NCBI RefSeq assembly: GCF_000633355.1
Contig: NZ_AYMQ01000004.1
Coordinates: 12,630 to 36,629, forward strand
DNA: 24,000 nucleotides
Reading direction: 5' to 3'
DNA from: Serratia sp. H1w
Lineage (GTDB): Bacteria; Pseudomonadota; Gammaproteobacteria; Enterobacterales; Enterobacteriaceae
A program made the translations under genes and the position numbers. The notes below the pieces were generated by a model that was not told the DNA's origin, made no database searches, and saw nothing but the letters and a program-made list of their open reading frames with translations. Positions 1 through 8,869 of this stretch are shown one piece after another; positions within the stretch are counted from its first letter, which is position 1; each line of letters starts with the position of its first letter.

Positions 1-229
1 GATTGAGTGCCGTGAGGCGGCCCTTGGCGATAATGCCCGTTGAAGCCACGGCGATAAAATCAACCTGATGACGATACGGGGCAATCAGCGTTTCCAGAGT
101 GGCTGACAGCTGTTGGGTACCGCCGCGTGGCGTGGCAATCTGTTGACGTTGGATCAACGTTCCCTCTTCGGTGACGATGGCCGCCGCAATTTTTGTCCCG
201 CCGATATCCAGTGCTAAACCTTTTCCCAT
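1..229 (-). CDS. nanK: N-acetylmannosamine kinase (ROK family), N-terminal part; gene continues off the left edge
   Basis: Reverse-strand reading from 229 gives [76 protein letters not shown]. This has the ROK/ASKHA phosphate-1 motif ([13 protein letters not shown]) and lies next to nanE/nanA. Absent from the supplied ORF track. Confidence 0.88.
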   Translation of the reverse strand, partial: MGKGLALDIGGTKIAAAIVTEEGTLIQRQQIATPRGGTQQLSATLETLIAPYRHQVDFIAVASTGIIAKGRLTALN

Positions 230-461
230 GGTGCGTTCCTCAATGCTGCTAAAAAATGTCAGGGCGCTGCGCAGAAACTATGGCAACTCCTTAGTCAAAA
301 CTCCATTATTATTTTTATTTTGGAGTTTCGCTCCCATAAGTTATCCATAACCTTGAGCAGCCGCACAGATTTACGCTTGGACTGCGTTGCATAACCCGAT
401 CAAAAGTTTTACCATAATGGAGCAATGCTTCATTTTGTTTTAATTTCTGGAGTTTAAAGTC

Positions 462-1178
462 ATGCGCAGTCAGACCGTAAACAATCAGGGCCATCTTCGC
501 CATCAACTGCAAAATGGCCTTATCGTCTCATGCCAACCGGTGCCCGGTAGCGCGATGGATAAACCAGAGATCGTTGCGGCAATGGCTAGCGCAGCCGTCG
601 ATGGCGGTGCCGTGGCTTTACGTATTGAAGGTATCAGCAATATCTGCGCCGTACGTCAGGTGGTCAAGGTGCCGATTATCGGTATCATCAAACGCGATCT
701 GGCCGATTCGCCGGTGCGGATCACTCCCTGGCTGGAAGATATTGACGCACTGAGCGAGGCTGGCGCAGACGTTATCGCTTTTGATGTTACCCGTCGGGCA
801 CGCCCGGTGTCGGTGGAAGAATTGTACCTGCGGGTGCGTGCCACCGGCCGTTTGGCGATGGCTGATGCCTCTTCTCTGGAAGACGGGCTGTTGGCACAGC
901 GGTTAGGCATCGATTTTATTGGTACCACCCTGTCGGGCTATATTGACCCGCCGGTACCCAACGAGCCGGATATCGAACTGGTCAGGCAGTTGGCGCAGGC
1001 CGGGTGTCTGGTGATTGCCGAAGGGCGCTATAACTCGCCAACCCTGGCGGCGATGGCCATCTCAGCGGGGGCGTGCGCCGTCACCGTAGGCTCAGCCATT
1101 ACCCGTATCGAACATATTTGCGGCTGGTTTCACACGGCGATTGCCCAACGTGAAGCCACCAAGCTGACAGAATTCTGA
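462..1178 (+). CDS. nanE: N-acetylmannosamine-6-phosphate 2-epimerase
   Basis: 238 aa ORF with NanE-like [27 protein letters not shown] and IIGIIKRDL segments; GGAG Shine-Dalgarno about 9 nt upstream of the ATG at 462. Confidence 0.93.
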   Translation: MRSQTVNNQGHLRHQLQNGLIVSCQPVPGSAMDKPEIVAAMASAAVDGGAVALRIEGISNICAVRQVVKVPIIGIIKRDLADSPVRITPWLEDIDALSEAGADVIAFDVTRRARPVSVEELYLRVRATGRLAMADASSLEDGLLAQRLGIDFIGTTLSGYIDPPVPNEPDIELVRQLAQAGCLVIAEGRYNSPTLAAMAISAGACAVTVGSAITRIEHICGWFHTAIAQREATKLTEF

Positions 1179-1225
1179 TTGCGGCCTGACGCGGCCACCC
1201 ACTATGCAAAGTCCTAAGGATGTAC

Positions 1226-2128
1226 ATGAAAAAGCTTACAGGTTTGATTGCTGCCCCCCATACGCCTTTTGATGAACAAGGTGAGGTCAACTACCCGGTT
1301 ATCGATCAAATTGCCGAGCACCTGGTCAACGATGGGGTCACGGGCGTTTATGTTTGCGGCACCACTGGCGAAGGCATTCATTGCTCGGTTGAAGAGCGCA
1401 AAAAAATTGCCGAGCGCTGGGTCAAGGCCGCTCAGGGCAAACTGTGCATCACGCTGCACACCGGCGCGCTCAGCATCAAGGACGCGGTTGATTTATCCCG
1501 CCATGCGGAAACGCTGGATATTTTTGCTACCTCGGCCATCGGCCCTTGCTTCTTTAAGCCGGGCGACCTCAACGACCTGATCGCCTACTGCCAGGCGATT
1601 GCCGCTGCCGCACCGTCAAAAGGCTTCTATTACTACCATTCCGGCATGTCGGGGGTGAATCTGGATATGGAACAGTTCCTGATCAAAGCCGAATCACAAA
1701 TCCCCAACCTGTCAGGGATTAAGTTCAACAGCGCCGATCTGTATGAGTATCAGCGTTGTCTGCGCGTCAGCGACGGTAAATTTGATATCCCGTTCGGCGT
1801 TGATGAGCATCTGCCCGGTGGTCTGGCCGTGGGGGCGATCGGCGCGGTTGGCAGCACCTATAACTATGCGGCTCCGCTGTTCCATAAGATCATTGCCGAT
1901 TTCAACGCAGGCGACCAGGCTGCGGTAAAACAGGGCATGGACCAGGTTATCGCTTTGATCCGCGTTCTGGTTGAGTTTGGTGGCGTGGCGGCCGGTAAAG
2001 CAGCGATGCTGGTACACGGCATCGATGCGGGTAATCCGCGTCTGCCACTGCGCACACTGACCAAAGAACAGAAGCAAACGGTCGTTAGCAGAATGCGTAG
2101 CGCTATCGCGATCACTGCTCACCAGTAA
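1226..2128 (+). CDS. nanA: N-acetylneuraminate lyase
   Basis: ORF 1220..2128. The internal ATG at 1226 has better spacing from AAGGA. Has the DapA/NanA-family GTTGEG motif, YYYHSGMSGVNL and the Schiff-base lysine context GIKFNSADLYE. Confidence 0.95.
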   Translation: MKKLTGLIAAPHTPFDEQGEVNYPVIDQIAEHLVNDGVTGVYVCGTTGEGIHCSVEERKKIAERWVKAAQGKLCITLHTGALSIKDAVDLSRHAETLDIFATSAIGPCFFKPGDLNDLIAYCQAIAAAAPSKGFYYYHSGMSGVNLDMEQFLIKAESQIPNLSGIKFNSADLYEYQRCLRVSDGKFDIPFGVDEHLPGGLAVGAIGAVGSTYNYAAPLFHKIIADFNAGDQAAVKQGMDQVIALIRVLVEFGGVAAGKAAMLVHGIDAGNPRLPLRTLTKEQKQTVVSRMRSAIAITAHQ

Positions 2129-2148
2129 GTAAAAACGTGGAGTTGGTT

Positions 2149-2174
2149 AATAAGGGCGCTTTGACGTCCTTATT
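2149..2174. terminator. Hairpin between convergent nanA and the B3/B4-domain gene
   Basis: AATAAGG (2149-2155) pairs with CCTTATT (2168-2174). It overlaps the minus-strand stop codon at 2170-2172. No strong T-tract. Confidence 0.5.
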
Positions 2175-2841
2175 CTTGGCTGATAGGTGTTACCATACTT
2201 CCAGGCCAAATGTTTTTTATCTGTTGTGTCAGCACCTGACTTAAAGCAGCAATGTCCGCTGTTGCCGTATCATGCATCGCCTCCATCACAATCAGTGCTT
2301 GGGTGGTGTATTGACTCACCGCAGAGTAACCACTTTGCCGATGTGTCCAGCGCCTGGCATGAGCATAGCCGGCAGCATCGGCAAAGATCACTTCACCCAC
2401 CGAAGGTGACTCGGTGGTACCAGAGAACGTTTGGTAAATCTCATTCCCCTGCGCATAGCACACCTGGAGGTCACCGTTGATCTTCTGTCGATCGAATACG
2501 GCAATTGGAATGGCGAAGGCCAGTGAAAGCGCATTGCATAAATCGATCAGTGGAAAAATGGTTGGTAACAATCCCTCTTTTCGTAGGCGGCGCAATAGTG
2601 ATTCCGCCGCGCAGCGATACTGGGTTGGTTTTAGTCCCATTAGCACGAAGGCGTGTCGCCAGGCTTGGATCTCTGTAAGGCCGCTTTCGGTACCACCACT
2701 TAAGCGGGCCACTGCCTGGCGGCTGAAGTCGATGACCGGCAGGCTGACATCTGCTTGCTGGTCGATCCCTTCAACCAGCAGGCAGCAAGATGCTAGAGCT
2801 GGGAAGGAGGAGCGTAGAGAATTGGCATAGTTAAAGTTCAT
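2170..2841 (-). CDS. B3/B4 (PheRS beta-like, tRNA-editing-type) domain-containing protein
   Basis: 223 aa ORF. FPALASCCLLVEGID.., GLKPTQYRCAAESLLRRL, LPTIFPLIDLCNALSLAFAIPIAVFD and GEVIFAD resemble stand-alone B3/4 domain proteins. Confidence 0.75.
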   Translation of the reverse strand: MNFNYANSLRSSFPALASCCLLVEGIDQQADVSLPVIDFSRQAVARLSGGTESGLTEIQAWRHAFVLMGLKPTQYRCAAESLLRRLRKEGLLPTIFPLIDLCNALSLAFAIPIAVFDRQKINGDLQVCYAQGNEIYQTFSGTTESPSVGEVIFADAAGYAHARRWTHRQSGYSAVSQYTTQALIVMEAMHDTATADIAALSQVLTQQIKNIWPGSMVTPISQE

Positions 2842-2922
2842 GACTCACCATAAAAGCGTTAAGGTTATTTCCGCTACTCTGAAGCTCATTGTGTTCGGAG
2901 TCTTGAACGAAATTGCAGCCGT

Positions 2923-3723
2923 TCAGCATTGGCGTAGACGGCGGGCATAGAGGCCAGGAGAAATTCCCAGTGTGCGGGTAAACTGGCGTGTCATATGGCT
3001 TTGGTCGGCAAAACCTGCCGCTACGGCACTCTCTGCCAGTGAGGTGCCATTGGCAATCAACCGTCTGGCGAGCTGGATCCGGCGCTGGATCAGGTAAGCA
3101 TGTGGGGTGATGCCGATAGTTTGTTGAAAGCTGCGGATCAGTTGATAACAGCTGATGCCGCAGAGCTGGGACAGCTCGCCAAGGGAAACCGGGGTGGCGG
3201 GATCGTCGTCAAGACGCTGTTGGGCCAGACGTAGCGTTGGCATGGTTACCATCGGTTCACGATGGTGAAATAACCGAGCTAACAGCAGGAACAGGGACTG
3301 CTCTTGAGCCAGTGGACTGCCCGGTTGCGGTTGGGTGATACAGCTAAACAGGCTGTGAAAACAGCTGGCGACCCTGTTATCGCTCAGGACAGGTAATGAA
3401 AACTCACTACCTGATAATTTGCCTGTCCCCAGTTCGCTGGTGGCTTGCGCTATCAGCTCTGGCTCCAGATAGAGCATGCGCCATGAGCGAGGCCCTTCAC
3501 CCATGGGACGACCATCATGTACTTCACCGGGGTTGACCGTAATGATGTCACCCGATCCGGCTTCAACCAGCCCACGGCCACTGAGTGATTTTTGTGCCCC
3601 AGAGATGATCAGCCCGATGCCAAACTGGGTGTGAAAATGCTTTGGGTAACTGTGGCGAGTGGTGGCTATTACCGCTTCGATGCCCGGCACAGAAAAGGAT
3701 GGCATACTGAATTGGGATGGCAA
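2923..3723 (-). CDS. AraC-family transcriptional regulator
   Basis: 266 aa. N-terminal cupin-like sensor domain (HTQFGIGLIISGAQKS..GDIITVNPGEVHDG) and C-terminal double HTH (LSQLCGISCYQLIRSFQQTIGITPHAYLIQRRIQLARRLI..AESAVAAGFADQSHMTRQFTRTLGISPG). Confidence 0.9.
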   Translation of the reverse strand: MPSQFSMPSFSVPGIEAVIATTRHSYPKHFHTQFGIGLIISGAQKSLSGRGLVEAGSGDIITVNPGEVHDGRPMGEGPRSWRMLYLEPELIAQATSELGTGKLSGSEFSLPVLSDNRVASCFHSLFSCITQPQPGSPLAQEQSLFLLLARLFHHREPMVTMPTLRLAQQRLDDDPATPVSLGELSQLCGISCYQLIRSFQQTIGITPHAYLIQRRIQLARRLIANGTSLAESAVAAGFADQSHMTRQFTRTLGISPGLYARRLRQC

Positions 3724-3884
3724 TCGCTAGCTCCTCTGTGTCAGGTGTTTTAGCGCAGTATTGACAGCCTATCACCCTTCATGGCGACTGGCAGCGCCTT
3801 TTCTTGTTCTGCCCCCGCGTTTTCCTGCCCGCTATTGGTTATCATCAACTATCGCTTTTCACTTGGTTTGAAGGATTATCCCCG

Positions 3885-4760
3885 ATGAAACATCCGCTGG
3901 TGGCCGTGTTGGCTCCGCTGCTCGATGATGGGCAGGGGATCCGGCAGGTTTATTTTGCCGGTAACCAACATCCGGCCCCGGAACTGGCCTATCAGGTAGG
4001 CTTTCCGCGCCTTGAGCTGGTGGTGGACGGGGAGCAGGAAATGGAGTGGGAAGGCAGCCAGGGGGCGCGGCATCGGCAGATATTGCTGCCGGGGGATGTG
4101 CTGTTTGTCCCAGCGCAAGGTTGGAACAGCCCGCGCTGGCAGCAACCCACTACCACGCTCAGCCTGTTGTTTGGCAAGCAGCAACTGGGATACAGCCTGC
4201 TGGGTTGGGACGGGGAAGGCACGCTGCTGCTGGGTAAAGACAATGTGGCGCGTCGCGGCCCGCGCGTAGGGTCGTTTATGTTGCAGGCGCTGAACGAACT
4301 CTCCTGGCATCAGAGCGATCAGCCCACCGCACGCTTTCTGGTGAAGGGTTTGTTGAGTCATGCGCTCGATCTGTTTGGCACCTCGGTGAGAACTGCCTCG
4401 CGTAGTCAGGCGCTGTTTGATGCGGTGCGCAGTCATCTGGAAGAGCATTATCGCGAGCCGTTAACCCGCGAGTCGGTGGCTCAGGCGTTCTATATCTCGC
4501 CCAATTACCTTTCTCACCTGTTCCAGAAGGCCGGTGGCATCGGTTTTAACGAATATCTTAATCACGTGCGGCTGGAGCAGGCCAAGCACCTGCTCAAACG
4601 CTATGACATGAAGGTGAAAGAGGTGGCGCACGCCTGCGGGTTTGTCGACAGTAACTATTTCTGCCGCCTGTTTCGCAAGAACACCGAGCGCTCCCCGTCG
4701 GAATACCGTGGCCAATACCACAGCGAGCTGGGCCCCTCTCCCACAGAGAAAGGGAATTAG
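3885..4760 (+). CDS. yijO: AraC-family transcriptional regulator, YijO-like
   Basis: ORF 3804..4760, likely start MKHPLVAVLAPLLDDGQG at 3885 (AAGGA upstream). AraC HTH: LTRESVAQAFYISPNYLSHLFQKAGGIGFNEYLNHVRLEQAKHLLKR..VKEVAHACGFVDSNYFCRLFRKNTERSPSEYRGQY. Sits beside the frw/pfl cluster, as yijO does in E. coli. Confidence 0.8.
   Translation: MKHPLVAVLAPLLDDGQGIRQVYFAGNQHPAPELAYQVGFPRLELVVDGEQEMEWEGSQGARHRQILLPGDVLFVPAQGWNSPRWQQPTTTLSLLFGKQQLGYSLLGWDGEGTLLLGKDNVARRGPRVGSFMLQALNELSWHQSDQPTARFLVKGLLSHALDLFGTSVRTASRSQALFDAVRSHLEEHYREPLTRESVAQAFYISPNYLSHLFQKAGGIGFNEYLNHVRLEQAKHLLKRYDMKVKEVAHACGFVDSNYFCRLFRKNTERSPSEYRGQYHSELGPSPTEKGN
4733..4754. repeat. Degenerate CCCCTCTCCCACAG..AGGG repeat copy overlapping the 3' end of the yijO-like gene
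   Basis: CCCCTCTCCCACAGAGAAAGGG resembles the copy at 13527-13561. It encodes the terminal GPSPTEKGN of the ORF. Confidence 0.5.
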
Positions 4761-4792
4761 TCCAGCGTCGTTGGCGGGTAATGCGGCACTGC

Positions 4793-4817
4793 GTAGGGGC
4801 AGCTGCATGCTGCGCCC
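4793..4817. repeat. Short intergenic near-palindrome GTAGGGGCAGCTGCATGCTGCGCCC
   Basis: Closely matches 17338-17361 (GTAGGGGCGCTGCATGCTGCGCCC) and resembles 15672-15697. Confidence 0.6.
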
Positions 4818-4859
4818 GTGTTAAAACCAGATGTGGGAGTAAAATTTTGGCACGGTCGG

Positions 4860-4884
4860 TCCCCTCTCCTTGGGGAGAGGGTTA
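4860..4884. repeat. CCCTCTCC/GGAGAGGG hairpin plus GTTAGGGTGAGGG element
   Basis: CCCCTCTCCTTGGGGAGAGGGTTAGGGTGAGGG: stem CCCTCTCC (4862-4869) with GGAGAGGG (4874-4881). Same family as the elements at 13527 and 13651. May act as a terminator between convergent yijO-like and frwD genes. Confidence 0.6.
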
Positions 4885-4896
4885 GGGTGAGGGAGA

Positions 4897-5241
4897 TTAC
4901 ACCACGCGGATATGTGTTTCCTGGGGGGAGGCTGCGGCCTTGCGTACCGCACTGAGCGCCTTCTCCGGCGTACGCAGAAAGGTGTTGATGCCGATCTGCA
5001 CGCAACGGTGATGCTCAAAACGCTCGCTTTCCGCCAGCAGGATGTCGCTGATCAACAGCACCACGTCGGCCTGGGCCAGATCGTCCGCCGTCAGCGAGTT
5101 TTCAATACCTAATGCCCCCTGCGTTTCTACTTTGACCGGCCATTTCTCCTGCGCACACAGTTTTTCCAGCCGTTCGGCAGCCATATAGGTATGGGCGACC
5201 CCGCTGATACAGGCCGTAACCGCTACGAGTTTTATCGTCAT
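4897..5241 (-). CDS. frwD: PTS system fructose-like EIIB component
   Basis: 114 aa. MTIKLVAVTACISGVAHTYMAAERLEKLC..KVETQGALGIENSLTADDLAQADVVLLISDI is an EIIB-Fru fold with phosphocysteine motif TACxSGVAHT. Confidence 0.9.
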   Translation of the reverse strand: MTIKLVAVTACISGVAHTYMAAERLEKLCAQEKWPVKVETQGALGIENSLTADDLAQADVVLLISDILLAESERFEHHRCVQIGINTFLRTPEKALSAVRKAAASPQETHIRVV

Positions 5242-5262
5242 ACCAGCCTCTTTATGTTCTGT

Positions 5263-6159
5263 TCAACCGCCAATGATGACCCGGTAACCCGCCTGCTGTG
5301 CCATCGCCTGCAAGGGGGCAACCTCTTGTTCTGTCGGGGCCGCGACCCCGCGCATGGCATATTCACGCCCTAAAAGAGTGTATTTTGCCTCGCCATACTG
5401 GTGAAAAGGCAACAGGTGGATCTCTTGTAGCCCAAAAGGTGCCAGGAACGCCAGCACCTGCGCCATATTCTCCGTGCTCAAAGTGTAGCCGGGTATTAAC
5501 GGCAGGCGAGGGATCAGATTAACTCCGTGCTGTACCAGCGCGGTAAAGTTTGCCAACACCCGTGGCAGATTGATGTTCAACTGACTTTTAGCGGCGTTGG
5601 CATCCATGATCTTCAGGTCAAACAGGATCTGATCGCAGTGTTCCGCCAAGGCCAATACGTGGGCTTGCGAGGCATCCCCGGCGGTTTCGACGGCGGTATT
5701 GATACCTAGTGCCTGTAAGCGCTGCAATAGCTGGGTAGCAAACTCGGCCTGCATCAGCACTTCACCGCCGGAGAGCGTCACCCCACCGCCGGAAGTGCGA
5801 TAAAACACCTCATCCTTGAGAATTTGCTGTAACAGCGCCTCCAGGGTAATGTTTTGGCCGATCAGCTCCATCGCTCCGCTTGGACACTCTTGCGCATCGT
5901 TCAGGCAGGGCTGGCAACGCAGGCACTTGGCCTTGCGCCGCACGCGGTGGATCTTGCCCGACATCGACTCTGGGTTAGCACACCATGGGCAGCTATGCGG
6001 GCAGCCTTTGAAAAACACCACGGTGCGGATGCCCTGCCCATCATTCAGCGAATAACGCTGAATATTGAAAATGCGGGCCTGCGGCTCGGTGTGAGTTGCC
6101 CGGGAAAACCCGGGCGTGATCAGGCTACAGTTGATGCGCTGTACGGCGGATGATGTCAT
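5263..6159 (-). CDS. pflC: Glycyl-radical enzyme activating enzyme (radical SAM)
   Basis: ORF 5263..6210, likely start MTSSAVQRINCSLI at 6159. Radical SAM CxxxCxxC (KGCPHSCPWCANPES), auxiliary cysteine cluster (CLRCQPCLNDAQECP), GGEVLMQAEF. The start overlaps the 3' end of pflD. Confidence 0.9.
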   Translation of the reverse strand: MTSSAVQRINCSLITPGFSRATHTEPQARIFNIQRYSLNDGQGIRTVVFFKGCPHSCPWCANPESMSGKIHRVRRKAKCLRCQPCLNDAQECPSGAMELIGQNITLEALLQQILKDEVFYRTSGGGVTLSGGEVLMQAEFATQLLQRLQALGINTAVETAGDASQAHVLALAEHCDQILFDLKIMDANAAKSQLNINLPRVLANFTALVQHGVNLIPRLPLIPGYTLSTENMAQVLAFLAPFGLQEIHLLPFHQYGEAKYTLLGREYAMRGVAAPTEQEVAPLQAMAQQAGYRVIIGG

Positions 6160-8422
6160 CCTGGATCTCCTTCGACAGCTCCACGAAGAATGCGCTATAG
6201 CCGGCGACACGCACCACCAGCCCGGCGAAGTCCTGCGGCCTGGCCTGCGCTTCCTTCAGGGTTTCGGCATTCACGACGTTGAACTGCACATGCTGCAACT
6301 TGAGCTTGGTAAAGGCGCCGAGGAAATCCGCCAGTTTGTTCAGCCCCTGCTGGCCTTCCAGCGTGCTTGGGGTGAACTTCACGTTCAACAGCGTGCCGTT
6401 GGAAAGCAGGTAGTTATCCAGCTTGCTCACCGACTTCAGTACCGCCGTTGGCCCTTGGGCATCCTGGCCGAGCATCGGCGATAGCCCGCCGTCCGCCAAC
6501 TGTTCCCCGGCATAACGTCCATCCGGCGTGGCTCCCACCACCGCTCCCAATGGCACGTGGGCGGAAACGGTATAAGACCCAGGCGTAAACTGCCCCCCAC
6601 GCGGGTTGCGGTACTGCTCCACTTCTTTGCAGTAAAATCGCAGCAGATCGGCGCTGATCAGGTCGACTTCATCGATGTCGTTGCCGTATTTGTCGAAGCG
6701 ATTGATCAGCCGTGCGCGGATCTTTTCCCCTTCCGGCGTGGCGAAGTTGGCCTTCAGCGTGGCCAGCAGTTCGTCAAAACTCAGGCGCTGCTGATCGAAA
6801 ACCAGGCCTTTCAGGGCATACAGCGAGTCGCTCAGGTTGGCGATGCCGATGCCTTGTACGCCGGAGAAGTTATAGCGTGCGCCGCCTTCGGTGATGTCTT
6901 TACCGTTTTGCAGGCAGTCATCGATAAAGGAGGACAACAGCGGTACCGGAGCCCAGTCGCGGTGGCCGATATCGCAGATATTGCTGCCTTCGGCCATCAG
7001 CCGGACGTAATGACGGATTTTTTCGCGGATTTGATCCAGCAACTGCGGGTAGGTGAGGCTGGTATTGCCTTCGTTATCCAGCAACGTCAGTTCCATCACC
7101 TTCAGCAGGTTGAACATGGCAATGTCGTGCAGGCCGTAGGTACGCCCAGGGATCGACAGCTCAACGCAGCCCACCACCGCATAATCACGCGCATCTTCCA
7201 GCGAGACGCCACGGTTGAGGAACGCCGGAACCACCACTTCGTCGTTGAAGATTTGTGGAATGCCGGTGCCGAGGCGGATGGTTTCGGCGGTTTTCAGCAG
7301 GAATGGGCGATCGATAAATTCATTGACCCTTACGCCCAGGTTTGGCTGCGGCAGGCGGATATTCTGGTAGGCATCCAGGCACAGGAAGGACAGCACGTTG
7401 ACCGCGCTGCGGCCGGTTTCCGTCAGGCCGCCCAGCAAAATGGTGTAGCCGGTCGGAAAGCCAGCGAAATAACGCGCACTGGAGGTAGAGCGCAACAGCA
7501 CGATGTCGTTGCACTTCACCCACAGGCTTTCCAGCAGTTCCTTCAGGAAGGCCGGATCCTGTCCCTGATTGAGGGAGGCTTGATAGAACGGCAGCATGTA
7601 CTGATCGAAACGGCCGAGCGACAGTGAGCTGGCGTTGGATTCATACTGCAAAATGATGTTCATGTACCAGAACAGCTGGCAGGCCTGATAGAAGTCCTGC
7701 GGCTTATGGCGGGCGTTGTGGCTGGCGATCTCGGCGATCCGCAGCAGCTCGGCGCGGCGAGTTTCATCGTTGCACTGTTGCACCATCTGACGGGCCAGGC
7801 TGGCATAACGCAGGATGTGGCGCTGCGAGGCTTGCAACAGCAGCAGTGCGGCGGTGTAGAACGCATTATCTGGTTGTTGCTCAACGTGGCTTTGCAACTC
7901 GGCCAGCAGGCTATCCAGGCCGTTATTCAACAGGCGTGGGTAATCGATGATGATATGTCCCTGACCCTTGTCCGTCTGGTTGACGCTGAAAATCTGGGTC
8001 TGGGTAGCGGCTTTAACTTCTTCGGACATCTGGCCGTTGATGAAATCCTTCATCGAGCGCTGTTCCCAGTAAGGATAAAGCTGCTCGCGGTACACCTGCT
8101 TGTCGGCTTCGGAAATGGTGAAGCGATCCTGCGGGCGCGTTGGGAAAGCATCCAACTCTTTCAGCAGCCAGTAAGGGTCCATCTCTGGCGAGACGATCCC
8201 GGCACGCGGCTTCACCGTGCGGTTACCGGCGATCAGCTCGTCTTCCCGCAGGGTAATTGCTACGTGATCGAGGATATAGGCGGTGGCCTTGGCACGGCGG
8301 ATAATGGTGGGTTCTCCCTCGGTCTGCCGGTGGCTGGCGGTATAGAGCAGTGCGCGTTCGAGCGAAATTTCACGCGGGGCGGAGAACAGGGCGGCTTTGA
8401 GACGTTCGATCCGGGAGATCAT
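6125..8422 (-). CDS. pflD: Glycyl radical enzyme (PflD family)
   Basis: ORF 6125..8467, likely start MISRIERLKAALF at 8422. Active-site thiyl/glutamate motif VVGCVELSIPGRTYGLHD and C-terminal glycyl radical motif VVRVAGYSAFFVELSKEIQDDIIRRT. Confidence 0.92.
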   Translation of the reverse strand: MISRIERLKAALFSAPREISLERALLYTASHRQTEGEPTIIRRAKATAYILDHVAITLREDELIAGNRTVKPRAGIVSPEMDPYWLLKELDAFPTRPQDRFTISEADKQVYREQLYPYWEQRSMKDFINGQMSEEVKAATQTQIFSVNQTDKGQGHIIIDYPRLLNNGLDSLLAELQSHVEQQPDNAFYTAALLLLQASQRHILRYASLARQMVQQCNDETRRAELLRIAEIASHNARHKPQDFYQACQLFWYMNIILQYESNASSLSLGRFDQYMLPFYQASLNQGQDPAFLKELLESLWVKCNDIVLLRSTSSARYFAGFPTGYTILLGGLTETGRSAVNVLSFLCLDAYQNIRLPQPNLGVRVNEFIDRPFLLKTAETIRLGTGIPQIFNDEVVVPAFLNRGVSLEDARDYAVVGCVELSIPGRTYGLHDIAMFNLLKVMELTLLDNEGNTSLTYPQLLDQIREKIRHYVRLMAEGSNICDIGHRDWAPVPLLSSFIDDCLQNGKDITEGGARYNFSGVQGIGIANLSDSLYALKGLVFDQQRLSFDELLATLKANFATPEGEKIRARLINRFDKYGNDIDEVDLISADLLRFYCKEVEQYRNPRGGQFTPGSYTVSAHVPLGAVVGATPDGRYAGEQLADGGLSPMLGQDAQGPTAVLKSVSKLDNYLLSNGTLLNVKFTPSTLEGQQGLNKLADFLGAFTKLKLQHVQFNVVNAETLKEAQARPQDFAGLVVRVAGYSAFFVELSKEIQDDIIRRTAHQL

Positions 8423-8459
8423 CACATTTTCCTTTTGTGCGGTAATGGGGGCGGGAAAA

Positions 8460-8478
8460 CCCGGCACGTGGTGCCGGG
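8460..8478 (-). promoter_or_regulatory. Intercistronic hairpin frwB/pflD followed by TTTT on the coding strand
   Basis: Minus strand: CCCGGCAC-CAC-GTGCCGGG-TTTTCCC. Perfect 8-bp GC-rich stem with a 3-nt loop. Confidence 0.6.
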
Positions 8479-8490
8479 CTAGCCTTACGG

Positions 8491-8811
8491 TCAGGCCTTT
8501 TGCGCTAAATGAGCGGCAATTTTTTCCATGATGGCATCGGCACGTTTTACCGCGTCGCTGATGGCTACGCGCACCACGGTTTTCCCTTTAAAGCGTTCTT
8601 CAAACTTGATGCCGATATCCTTGGTCAGGATCACCACGTCGGCAGCGGCCACGTCTTCGGCCGTCAGTTCGTTTTCCAGGCCGATAGAGCCTTGGGTTTC
8701 CACCTTGCACTGCCAGCCTTGAGCTTTGGCGGAACGTTCAATGGCTTCGGCAGCCATGTAGGTATGGGCAACGCCAGATGGGCAAGCGGTAACAGCGATA
8801 ATCATAGTCAT
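8491..8811 (-). CDS. frwB: PTS system fructose-like EIIB component
   Basis: 106 aa. MTMIIAVTACPSGVAHTYMAAEAIERSAKAQGWQCKVETQGSIGLENELTAEDVAAADVVILTKDIGIKFEERFKGK. Clear EIIB-Fru motif. Confidence 0.92.
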   Translation of the reverse strand: MTMIIAVTACPSGVAHTYMAAEAIERSAKAQGWQCKVETQGSIGLENELTAEDVAAADVVILTKDIGIKFEERFKGKTVVRVAISDAVKRADAIMEKIAAHLAQKA

Positions 8812-8840
8812 GGCAAATTCCTCAAAAGTATTCGTTGTCT

Positions 8841-8858
8841 CTCAGGCCGTAGCCTGAG
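8841..8858 (-). promoter_or_regulatory. Intercistronic hairpin frwC/frwB with predicted UACG tetraloop
   Basis: Minus strand CTCAGGC-TACG-GCCTGAG: 7-bp perfect stem, C(UNCG)G loop in RNA. Confidence 0.55.
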
Positions 8859-8869
8859 GGCGTATTGAT

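Noticed and set aside
6557-8482. Long plus-strand ORFs (356 aa at 6557..7627 and 258 aa at 7706..8482) opposite pflD
   Set aside because: Antisense shadow ORFs of a well-supported glycyl radical enzyme gene in high-GC DNA. Translations show no recognisable motifs and mirror the pflD codons.
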